Source: Candidatus Marinacidobacterales bacterium (lineage in GTDB: Bacteria; Acidobacteriota; Vicinamibacteria; Marinacidobacterales; DATDRI01). From it: a DNA stretch of 64,000 bases. This document shows, piece by piece, positions 9,479-17,569 of this stretch; within the stretch, counting starts at the first letter, position 1, and each line of letters begins with the position of its first letter. The notes beneath the pieces were generated by a model. It was given only the letters and a program-made list of their open reading frames with translations. It was not told the DNA's origin and searched no databases. The position numbers and the translations under genes are program-made. The stretch spans positions 1,376,001 through 1,440,000 of the forward strand of contig OZ245365.1 in assembly GCA_965226495.1 (NCBI GenBank), in the 5' to 3' direction.

Positions 9479-11470
9479 ATGCACGCGCTCGTCATTCTTA
9501 AGGATCTCGTCATCATTCTAGCGGTGGCGATCCCCGTCGCCGCCCTCGCCAACCGCGCCCGGCTGCCCACCGTCGCCGGCTTCCTCGTCGCAGGAGTCGT
9601 CATCGGTCCGCATAGCTTCGCGCTCATCTCAGAGCCCGACACAGTGACGGAATTGGCGGAGCTCGGCGTCATGCTCCTCCTTTTCACCATCGGCCTCGAG
9701 TTTTCCCTGACTCGCATCGTACGGATGGGGCGTCTTGTACTCCAAGGTGGCGGGCTCCAGGTGGTGGGCACCATCGTCGCAGCCGCGGCGGTTGCCAACA
9801 TCGGGTTGGAAGTGCCCTGGAACCAAGCGTTGTTCTACGGATCGCTGGTCGCCCTGTCCTCGACGGCGATCGTCTTGAAGATCTACTCCGATCGCGTGGA
9901 GCTGGACAGTCCGCCGGGTCGTGTCGTGGTGTCGATCCTTCTTTTCCAGGACCTCTGCGTGGTTCCCTTGATGCTTCTTATTCCGGTCTTCGCTCACGCG
10001 GGTCCGGGCCTGGTCACTGGAACTTGGACCGCGATCGGCACGAGCCTGCTCGTTGTTGGCGGGCTGATGCTGACGGGACGGTTGGTAGTGCCGCGGATCT
10101 TGGATCGGGTCGTGCTTCTGAAAAACCGCGAGCTGTTTACATTGTGCATCGCCTTCTTTGCGGTGGGAGCCGCCTTCGTTACCGCGAGTTTTGGATTGTC
10201 TTTGGCCCTCGGCACTTTCCTCGCCGGTCTCGTGGTGTCCGAGTCGGACTATGGGCTTCAAGCCATCTCGGACGTCCGGCCTTTTCGGGATGTGTTTAGT
10301 GGGATTTTTTTCATCTCGGTCGGAATGCTTCTCGACATAGGCTTCGTAGGGACGTCACTGGCTCTCGTGGCGGCTGCGACCGGCGCTATTTTGCTACTCA
10401 AGGTTGTGATCACAACCGGGGCAGTGCTCTTTTTGAAGCGTGGTTTCCAGACCAGCATGGTAAGCGGGATCGGGCTCGCTCAGGTAGGAGAGTTCTCGTT
10501 CGTTCTAGCGAGCGTTGCCGCGCCGCTCGGACTCTTCGCCGGTAACGACTACCAGCTCTTTATCGCATCCTCGGTGGTCACGATGATATTGACGCCGTTC
10601 CTGATCGTCTCGGCCCGTCCGGTGGCGGAGTGGCTATGCCCGTACTTAGGGATCCGAGCCGTCTCCATGGAACCTCTCAAGCAAGCCGAGGTCGCTAAGA
10701 TGAGCGACCACGCCATCATCGTGGGCTACGGTTTGAGCGGACAACATCTCGTTCGAGTCTTGCGAGCTGCGGGCCTCGACTACGTGGTGCTAGAGCAAAA
10801 CGGACAGCTGGTCCATCGGGGACGAGAGGAAGGGGTTCGTGTGCTTTTCGGCGATGGCTCGCGAGAGGAGCTTTTGGAGGAGGTAGGCATCACCAGGGCC
10901 CGCGTCGTGGTGTTCGCCATCGCCTCTCCGACAGACGAGAGGCGCGGGGTAGCGATCGCGCACGGTCTCAACCCCGCGGCCCACATCTTGGTAAGGACAC
11001 GCTACGTCCGATCCATCGACGAACTGATGCGCCTGGGTGCGACCGAGGTGGTGGTCGAAGAGTTCGAGGCAACCCTCGAGCTGTTTGCCCGCGTTCTCGA
11101 ATGCTACGAGATACCGACCAATACCATTCAACGGGAGCTCGATGCGGTTCGGAACGAGCATTACAAGGGACTGCGCGAGGGCTCGCTCACCGACCTGAAG
11201 CTGGACGCCCTTCGGCATTTGGGCATTCACGGAGCGCTCGATCTGGTCGAGGTGGAGGACGGAGCTTCGGCACTCGGCGAAAGCCCTACCTCCCTGGACT
11301 TGAGGCGAGTGACAGGTGCCATCGTGATCGCCGTGGTTCGCGAGGGCAAGGCGCTCTATCGCCCGGACCCGAAGTTTGCTTTCAGGCCGGGGGATGCCGT
11401 CGTCCTGGTGGGGGATAGGGAGGCGCTGGAAGCGGCCACGAAACTGTTCAAGGCTGGTACGGAACGATAG
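9479..11470 (+). CDS. CPA2-family cation:proton antiporter (Kef-type) with TrkA-N and TrkA-C domains
   Basis: ELGVMLLLFTIGLEFS, LSSTAIV, LLFQDL, LAQVGEFSFV; IIVGYG Rossmann motif; C-terminal RCK-C. Confidence 0.93.
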   Translation: MHALVILKDLVIILAVAIPVAALANRARLPTVAGFLVAGVVIGPHSFALISEPDTVTELAELGVMLLLFTIGLEFSLTRIVRMGRLVLQGGGLQVVGTIVAAAAVANIGLEVPWNQALFYGSLVALSSTAIVLKIYSDRVELDSPPGRVVVSILLFQDLCVVPLMLLIPVFAHAGPGLVTGTWTAIGTSLLVVGGLMLTGRLVVPRILDRVVLLKNRELFTLCIAFFAVGAAFVTASFGLSLALGTFLAGLVVSESDYGLQAISDVRPFRDVFSGIFFISVGMLLDIGFVGTSLALVAAATGAILLLKVVITTGAVLFLKRGFQTSMVSGIGLAQVGEFSFVLASVAAPLGLFAGNDYQLFIASSVVTMILTPFLIVSARPVAEWLCPYLGIRAVSMEPLKQAEVAKMSDHAIIVGYGLSGQHLVRVLRAAGLDYVVLEQNGQLVHRGREEGVRVLFGDGSREELLEEVGITRARVVVFAIASPTDERRGVAIAHGLNPAAHILVRTRYVRSIDELMRLGATEVVVEEFEATLELFARVLECYEIPTNTIQRELDAVRNEHYKGLREGSLTDLKLDALRHLGIHGALDLVEVEDGASALGESPTSLDLRRVTGAIVIAVVREGKALYRPDPKFAFRPGDAVVLVGDREALEAATKLFKAGTER

Positions 11471-11590
11471 AATTCTATCTTTTTTGGTTAGGATGAATGA
11501 ACTCAATTCTGGAAAATACTGATGATAAACAAAAATCGGATGATGTTTCTGACATGCTTCATAGCAAATATACTGTTTACGAACGTGGCT
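11462..11590 (+). pseudogene. Remnant of the upstream region and signal-peptide coding part of the MBL hydrolase gene at 13779
   Basis: gttaggatgaa.gaactcaattc...atgataaacaa.aa.cggat...tttctgac.tgcttcata matches 13718-13860. Confidence 0.75.
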
Positions 11591-11780
11591 ATGCGCACAC
11601 GGGGGCCTTCCCCGAGCTACTCCGCATCTACCACCTGCTGGGGGATCCTGGACTGAGAATCCGGTAGCTACTTCCTTTTCAGCGCCGCAACCTCGAGAAG
11701 CGCGACCGAGTCACACCGACCTTTGCTCGACCAGCCCCTTGCGATGCTGTAGAGTCCGGTGGCGCAAATGAGCAGATCGC

Positions 11781-11798
11781 TGTACACTTAGCTGTACG
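11781..11798. promoter_or_regulatory. Putative TA autoregulatory operator (TGTACA/TGTACG hexamers 12 bp apart)
   Basis: tgtacacttagctgtacg just upstream of the antitoxin ATG; same core hexamer and spacing as the yefM-yoeB operator. Confidence 0.6.
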
Positions 11799-11807
11799 GA
11801 GCTAGCC

Positions 11808-12083
11808 ATGAAAACAATGACGCTGACTGAGGCACGAAATCAGCTCTTGAAGGTGGCGGAGGAAATGGAACGGAGGCCGGACCAGGTCGTGGAAGTCGTC
11901 AAAAGAGGCAAGAAGGTCATGACCTTATTGTCTGCCGAGGTCTACGAGGCTATCGTCGAGACGCTGGAGGTTGTGGCGGACGAGGCAGCCTTCACCAAAC
12001 TGCGCCGGGCCGTAAAAGAGATCGAGGCGGGAAAAGGCATGTCCTGGAGCGATGCTCGGAAGGAACTGGGGTTGTCGGAGTAG
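11808..12083 (+). CDS. Phd/YefM-family type II antitoxin
   Basis: MKTMTLTEARNQL...VVKRGK...LLSAEVYEAIVETLEV. Confidence 0.88.
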   Translation: MKTMTLTEARNQLLKVAEEMERRPDQVVEVVKRGKKVMTLLSAEVYEAIVETLEVVADEAAFTKLRRAVKEIEAGKGMSWSDARKELGLSE

Positions 12084-12086
12084 GGC

Positions 12087-12422
12087 TTGCCTGGCCGCTA
12101 CGAGATCGAGATCGCTCCGACGGGATATCGATCACTCAAGACCCTCAAAGGCAAGAAGCTTCGTCGCGAGATCGCCAAAGTCATCGATGGGTTGGCGCGT
12201 GCTCCCGAGGAGCAAGGGAAGGCGCTCCTGGGACCACTCGAAGGGGTGCGGAGTGTGCGCGCGGCTCGCGATCGTTTCCGAATCCTTTACAGGGTTGACA
12301 CACGCGCGAGGGTCGTGTCCGTTTTGCTAGTCGGTGAGAGAGCAGCGGGACAGGATGCGGATATCTACGCCCTAGCGCAGAGGCTCCTCGCTACGTTTGG
12401 GAGCGGTGCCGAAGAGGATTGA
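12087..12422 (+). CDS. RelE/ParE-family type II toxin
   Basis: YEIEIA...GKALLGPLEGVRSVR...FRILYRVD; basic protein 3 nt after the antitoxin; TTG start. Confidence 0.88.
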   Translation: MPGRYEIEIAPTGYRSLKTLKGKKLRREIAKVIDGLARAPEEQGKALLGPLEGVRSVRAARDRFRILYRVDTRARVVSVLLVGERAAGQDADIYALAQRLLATFGSGAEED

Positions 12423-12437
12423 CGTCCTACTTCATTC

Positions 12438-12503
12438 ATGCCTCAAGTATGGGTGCGAGGCCTCAATGATGAACCCGTGGCGAGGCTGAAGAAGCGAGCC
12501 TGA
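12438..12503 (+). pseudogene. Truncated FitA/StbC-like ribbon-helix-helix antitoxin remnant
   Basis: Manual translation MPQVWVRGLNDEPVARLKKRA* then NYSRS*, resembling FitA-type N-termini. Confidence 0.5.
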
Positions 12504-13080
12504 AACTACAGCCGTTCCTGATACCTGATGTGGCCGCGGGAAGTCACATCGATCTGACGCTCTTCGGTGGCGGCGTGTACTCGGGCAGCCCGACGATAAC
12601 AGAGCGGGACGAGCAACCAGCTCCCGTAGCGCATAGCACCATCGCTCGGCTTTCGGACCTAACTCGGGCGAACAAGTGGATCGTTGTCATTCTGATGGGC
12701 GCGGCGCTTGCCTTTGGCCTCATTAGCGCGTTTGCTCCCCGCAACACTTCCAAATGATATTCGAATGCACACTCTGTGAAATAGGGCTCGGGCGAGAGCC
12801 GACACCGCGAGCCTTAACGCTTACCGGATCCAAACGGAGCTCTCGTTTCAGAAGCATGGAGCCCCGGAGCTGCCTTCCCATGAGTCCCTCATCCCGGTGC
12901 GGGTGAGCGGGGAGGGGCTTACCACCTGAGCGTCTGCCTATCAACAGCTTCGCGCTTTTGCCCTGGGCCAGGGTTCACGTTGGTGGAGCGTCGCGTCGGT
13001 TCCGACATTCCGGTAATCCCGAACCCACTCCTGGGCGTTCCGGCCCGGCCTATCCGAACCTGAGACATCCTAGAACCCCC

Positions 13081-13104
13081 CTCCTGACACCGTTCTGTCA
13101 GGAG
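13081..13104. promoter_or_regulatory. Second copy of the CTCCTGACA-N6-TGTCAGGAG palindrome
   Basis: 24/24 identical to 8918-8941 while the flanks have diverged. Confidence 0.65.
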
Positions 13105-13217
13105 GGTTTCAGGGGGCTGCCGAGGGCTCCGACACGCCGAAAGGCAATTGTGCTCCGTCTCATGGTATGGCACTCTGAGCATGAGCTCTATCCGGGGCCG
13201 GCAGGACCGAGGGACAC

Positions 13218-13523
13218 ATGGCCAAACCTAAATTTGATTCCGACAGCGACCTTAGTCGTTACAAAGAGCGCATCGAAGTCATTCAGACCCGCCTCAGTGC
13301 GCGCTTCCAAAAGGTTACCCATGATTGGGACGCCGATTCGAAGACTGAGATCTTTGCCTTCTCCCAGAAGGACGAGAATTTCCGCCTGAATGTGCCCCGA
13401 GTGACCCTCGTCCTTGAAAGTGTGGGGCTCTTCTATATCGAGTCGAACGTCGATAACGTGAAAGGCTCGAGCTGGAAGAGCATCCTGTTGACCCCGACCG
13501 AAGGCCTAGTACCCCTCGAGTAG
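13218..13523 (+). CDS. Hypothetical 101-aa protein, paralog 2
   Basis: About 90% aa identity to 9053-9358; GAGGG RBS. Confidence 0.8.
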   Translation: MAKPKFDSDSDLSRYKERIEVIQTRLSARFQKVTHDWDADSKTEIFAFSQKDENFRLNVPRVTLVLESVGLFYIESNVDNVKGSSWKSILLTPTEGLVPLE

Positions 13524-13592
13524 ACCCCCGAAAGCTGGCCCGCTCCGGCGCCAGAGTATAGACTCCCTTTCGTCGTGTCAGGAGGGAGGCTC

Positions 13593-13713
13593 ATGGGAAT
13601 TGAGACAGTCGAGCTCGCACCAGACTTTCGCATTCCTAGAATCTTGAAGGGGCGTAGTAGATCGCGCAGGGGCACGGGAACGTGCCGTTGCAGGACCCGA
13701 TCGAAGACATGTT
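13593..13713 (+). pseudogene. Degraded 5' fragment of the aldo/keto reductase at 14832
   Basis: MGIETVELAPDFRIPRILKG, then indel/stops; matches 14832-14953; GGAGG RBS. Confidence 0.85.
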
Positions 13714-13778
13714 GTCGAACCGAATATTGTATCTTTTCTAGTTAGGATGAACGAACTCAATTCAGGACAATATTTTAA

Positions 13779-14810
13779 ATGATAAACAAGAACCGGATAA
13801 CTCTTGCAACGTTTCTGACGTGCTTCATAACAAACATACTGTTGACGGACTTGGCTGTCGCGGCGGAACGAGAACAACGTGATTTTTCATCTTCAGATAT
13901 CACTAAGGTACTAATGTTAGGCACGGGTACTCCGGTACCAAACCCAGAAAAGCGCGGCACAAGTATTGCAGTTATTGTTAAGGGTATCCCCTACATTGTT
14001 GACGCTGGTGCGGGTATCTGGAGAGCCATGGGCGAAGAAATGCCAGATGTGCCAATGCCCGGATGGCAAGATCGTAAGCCCAGTAAAGTTAAAGGGTTTG
14101 AGTTGCACAAAGCTGTTTGGGAGCGCGTGTTTCTCACACACCTGCACAGCGACCATACCATTGGTTTGCCTAGCCTAATTCTGTTGCCCTGGTCGTGGCG
14201 TCGCGAAGAGCCGCCGCACATCTATGGTCCCCCAGGTACGAAAGACCTGGTAGACGGAATATTATCTGCCTATCGGCATGACATTGCCTTCCGTGTGTAC
14301 GGCGACGAAGCCAACAACGACACGGGTTGGAGAGCGGTTGCCCATGAAATCTTTAAGCCGGGATTTGTTTACAAAGACGAGAACGTCAAAGTATCCGCGT
14401 TTAAAACCCAGCATGGAACCGCTCCGGCAACTTTCGCCTACCGCTTCGAAACACCTGATCGGGTTATTATCATTTCCGGTGACACCGGATATAGAGATGA
14501 GGGATATAGCGACACCAATTTAGACCTGGGAGTTCTGGAAGCTGCGAAGGGCGTTGAGGTAGACATACTTCTTCATGAGGTGTTCGGTATAGATGATTTG
14601 GACTCTTTTCCTTACGAAATGTCTCGCGCTGAGTTATACCATACTTCAACCAAGAAGCTTGCTGAGATTGCAAACATCGTGAAGCCAAGCCTCCTTGTTA
14701 TGTACCACGTCCAGAATTTTACCGACAATCCGAATCAATTGCTCGAGGAGATAGAGCACTATGGCTGGAAAGGGAAGGCTGTAGACGCGCAGGAACGAGA
14801 CGTGTATTAG
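13779..14810 (+). CDS. Secreted MBL-fold metallo-hydrolase (RNase Z/AtsA arylsulfatase-like)
   Basis: LGTGTP, VDAG, THLHSDH, ISGDT, LLHEV, YHT; signal peptide; visibly more AT-rich than its neighbours. Confidence 0.88.
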   Translation: MINKNRITLATFLTCFITNILLTDLAVAAEREQRDFSSSDITKVLMLGTGTPVPNPEKRGTSIAVIVKGIPYIVDAGAGIWRAMGEEMPDVPMPGWQDRKPSKVKGFELHKAVWERVFLTHLHSDHTIGLPSLILLPWSWRREEPPHIYGPPGTKDLVDGILSAYRHDIAFRVYGDEANNDTGWRAVAHEIFKPGFVYKDENVKVSAFKTQHGTAPATFAYRFETPDRVIIISGDTGYRDEGYSDTNLDLGVLEAAKGVEVDILLHEVFGIDDLDSFPYEMSRAELYHTSTKKLAEIANIVKPSLLVMYHVQNFTDNPNQLLEEIEHYGWKGKAVDAQERDVY

Positions 14811-14831
14811 TAATGTCCGGGGTGTGAACCC

Positions 14832-15893
14832 ATGGCAATTGAGACGGTCGAGCTCGCTGAAGACTTTCGCATTCCCAGGATCCTGAAGGGGGCATGGCAG
14901 ATCGCGCAAGGGCACGGGAGCGTGCCTCTGCAGGAGCCCATCGAAGACATGTTTCGATTTGCCGAGGCGGGGGTCTTCGCCTTCGACTGCGGTGACGTCT
15001 ACGCGGGGGTCGAGGATCTCATCGGCCAATTCATCGAAGCTCGGCGTCAGCGCTTGGGAGACGCATCGGACATCAAGGTACTGACCAAATTCATTCCGGA
15101 CTTCGATGCGCTCCCGACCGTGGACAAGAGTTACGTTCAGCGCGTGGTCGACCAGTCCTTGCGCCGATTGCGCCTGGAGCGGCTCGACGTGCTGCAGTTC
15201 TTCTGGTGGTCCTACGACGTGCCAGGCTACATCAATGCCATCCACTGGGTGGATGAGCTACGGCAGGCCGGGAAGATCCACAAGATCGGGCTCGTCAACA
15301 TCGATGTGAAGCGAACTTTGGAGATCCTAGAGTCGGGGATAGAGGTTACGACCGCACAGGCTCCTTATTCCGTCCTCGACAATCGACCGGAACGAGGCGT
15401 GGCCGAGCTCTGCGAGAAACACGGGATTGGCCTGCTCTGTTACGCGACCGTCGCAGGTGGTCTTTTGAGCGAGAAGTGGTTGGGCGCGGAAGAGCCAACT
15501 CTACCTATGGAAAACCGCTCCGTGGAGAAGTACAAGCTGGTCATTGACGAGATCGGAGGCTGGGCGCTCTTTCAGGAGATGCTTCAGACTCTCAAGCGGA
15601 TCGCCGTGAAACACGAGGTCAGCATTACCAACGTGGCGACGAGATACGTACTAGAAAGGCCACAAGTCGCATCCATCATTTTGGGCGCTCGAAACGTCGA
15701 TCACCTGGAGGATACTCTCCGCCTCTTTTCTTTCGATCTCGACGACGAGGACTATGCCGCGATTAGAGCAGTGCAGTCTCGCCTCACCGGCCCGCCCGGT
15801 GACGTCTACGAAATGGAGCGCGACCTCAATGGACCGCATTGGAAGAGGATGAACATCAACCTGCATAGCAAGCTGAGCGAGAACTTGGAGTGA
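14832..15893 (+). CDS. Aldo/keto reductase
   Basis: GAWQ, FDCGDVY, TK, SLRRLRLERLDVLQF, GKIHKIG, ILGARN. Confidence 0.9.
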   Translation: MAIETVELAEDFRIPRILKGAWQIAQGHGSVPLQEPIEDMFRFAEAGVFAFDCGDVYAGVEDLIGQFIEARRQRLGDASDIKVLTKFIPDFDALPTVDKSYVQRVVDQSLRRLRLERLDVLQFFWWSYDVPGYINAIHWVDELRQAGKIHKIGLVNIDVKRTLEILESGIEVTTAQAPYSVLDNRPERGVAELCEKHGIGLLCYATVAGGLLSEKWLGAEEPTLPMENRSVEKYKLVIDEIGGWALFQEMLQTLKRIAVKHEVSITNVATRYVLERPQVASIILGARNVDHLEDTLRLFSFDLDDEDYAAIRAVQSRLTGPPGDVYEMERDLNGPHWKRMNINLHSKLSENLE

Positions 15894-16423
15894 CCTACAA
15901 GGCGAGACGCATCGTGACCGCGGAACGTGAGGACGGGAGCTCCTACATCTTGAGCGACGGCGAGGTCGATTCCACCACCGGCATTCCCGGAGTTCTCGAA
16001 ATCACCGAGCTATGGTCTTCGGACGAGTCGCCTGCGCGAATACCCCTAACCAACGACGTCATCTCGGGGCCGCCCGCGACATTGGAGCCCACCCGTACCG
16101 GCAACAAACTCGTTGTCGAGGTGGCCTGGCCCGACAAAGATCCCTTCGATCCCGCGAAGGCCAAGGAAATGTTCGATTCCATCAAGGCACCCGACGCCTT
16201 GTCCCAACAGGACGGGCAGAAGTATCCGGGTATGCATCGCACCAACACCATCGACTATGTGGTGATTCTGCTTGGCGAGATTTGGCTGGTCGTCGATGAC
16301 AGAGAATTATTGGTGAAGCAGGGCGATGTCGTTGTGCAGGGCGGCGTCAATCACACTTGGGTGAACCGCTCCGACGCGCCTTGCGTTCTTCTTGCCGTTC
16401 TCGTCGGCGCCGAAAGAGGCTGA
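15890..16423 (+). CDS. Cupin domain protein
   Basis: RRIVT, MHRTNTIDYVVIL.GEI, GDVVVQGGVNHTWVN; GTGA overlap with the AKR stop. Confidence 0.88.
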   Translation: MTYKARRIVTAEREDGSSYILSDGEVDSTTGIPGVLEITELWSSDESPARIPLTNDVISGPPATLEPTRTGNKLVVEVAWPDKDPFDPAKAKEMFDSIKAPDALSQQDGQKYPGMHRTNTIDYVVILLGEIWLVVDDRELLVKQGDVVVQGGVNHTWVNRSDAPCVLLAVLVGAERG

Positions 16424-16432
16424 GCGCTTCCA

Positions 16433-17569
16433 TTGAAGAAGCTTTCGGCGATCGTCTTCTCCTACTTCTTTGGAGCCACGTTCATTCTCAGCCTGCCGAT
16501 TTGGGTCGGTGCCCTGGTCGAAAGCTATTCGCTAAGCGAGAGAATCGGCGGATTCATTGGATCGTTGGAGCTGAGTAGCGTGGCGATCTCGATGCTCCTT
16601 TCCTCCCGATACATCCATCTCGTGAATAAACGCTTGCTCAGCCTGATCGCCGCGGTCTTCGCGATTGGCGGCAATCTGGTCGCAGCCCTAGTGGAGCCGC
16701 TCTCGATCGTGATCGCAATGCGCGCGCTGGTGGGTCTCTCACTGGGAGCGGTCATTACGTGCGCTCTTTCGACAGCGGCCGGGACGTCCCGCGCTCAGCG
16801 GACCTTTTCCATCATGGAAATCTCACTCGCGCTCATGGCTTCGGTTTTCTACTACGCCGTTGCAGGTCCCACCGAAAGCTACGGCGTTAGCGGCGTCTTC
16901 GGTACGCTGGTGGTAGTTCTTCTCATCTGCGTTCCGTTCTTCATTTTCCTTCCTACCGAGAAATTCGCCGATGCCCGGCCGACCGACGTACCGGGCCGGC
17001 TCGGGGCAATCGAGTGGCGCGGTATTTGCGGACACGGACTTGTGTTCGTGGCGATGTTCAGCTTTTGGACCTTTGTCGAGCGCATCGGTTCCGCACTCCA
17101 GCTCTCGATGGATACAGTTGGTCCCATCTTGTCGGTGGCTTTCATAACCGCTCTCGCTGGGCCGGCGGTCGCTCCATGGGTGGTTCGCACATTTGGGAGG
17201 CGCCTACCCGCGGCGACGGCCATCGTGGTCATGGCGACGTTTGGGCTCCTACTCACTCACGCTTCATCGGTCTTGATGTATGGAGCGGCGGTCATCGTCA
17301 TCAAGACGTTCTTCCTTTTCTATAGCGTGGTGACGAACGGTTTGTTCGCGAGCCTGGATCCGAGCGGGAAGTTGAACGGCATGGGACTGGCATTTGCCGT
17401 GGGTGGAACATCCCTGGGGCCGTCGTACGGTGGACTCGTTTTGGCCGATCAGGAATACGCACTCCTTGGTTGGTTTGCTTTGCTCCCCTGGCTACTGGGA
17501 CTCGTTCTCCTGTTGCCAGCGGCTCGTAAAGCCGAGATGATTACGCGCACGGGAGGGTCTACGATATGA
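16433..17569 (+). CDS. MFS transporter
   Basis: About 12 hydrophobic segments; WTFVERIG; within the operon. Confidence 0.85.
   Translation: MKKLSAIVFSYFFGATFILSLPIWVGALVESYSLSERIGGFIGSLELSSVAISMLLSSRYIHLVNKRLLSLIAAVFAIGGNLVAALVEPLSIVIAMRALVGLSLGAVITCALSTAAGTSRAQRTFSIMEISLALMASVFYYAVAGPTESYGVSGVFGTLVVVLLICVPFFIFLPTEKFADARPTDVPGRLGAIEWRGICGHGLVFVAMFSFWTFVERIGSALQLSMDTVGPILSVAFITALAGPAVAPWVVRTFGRRLPAATAIVVMATFGLLLTHASSVLMYGAAVIVIKTFFLFYSVVTNGLFASLDPSGKLNGMGLAFAVGGTSLGPSYGGLVLADQEYALLGWFALLPWLLGLVLLLPAARKAEMITRTGGSTI

Larger units (their letters stand above)
13045..13523 (+). repeat. Diverged ~470-bp duplication, copy 2
   Basis: Aligns with 8885-9358, including the palindrome and the minus-strand TAGGAT. 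Confidence 0.9.

Noticed and set aside
12530-12757. 75-aa ORF with a C-terminal TM helix
   Set aside because: No RBS or family motif; at best a gene fragment.
8885-14953. Integron cassette array
   Set aside because: No intI and no repeated attC-like RYYYAAC...GTTRRRY structures were found; the repeats are gene and promoter fragments.
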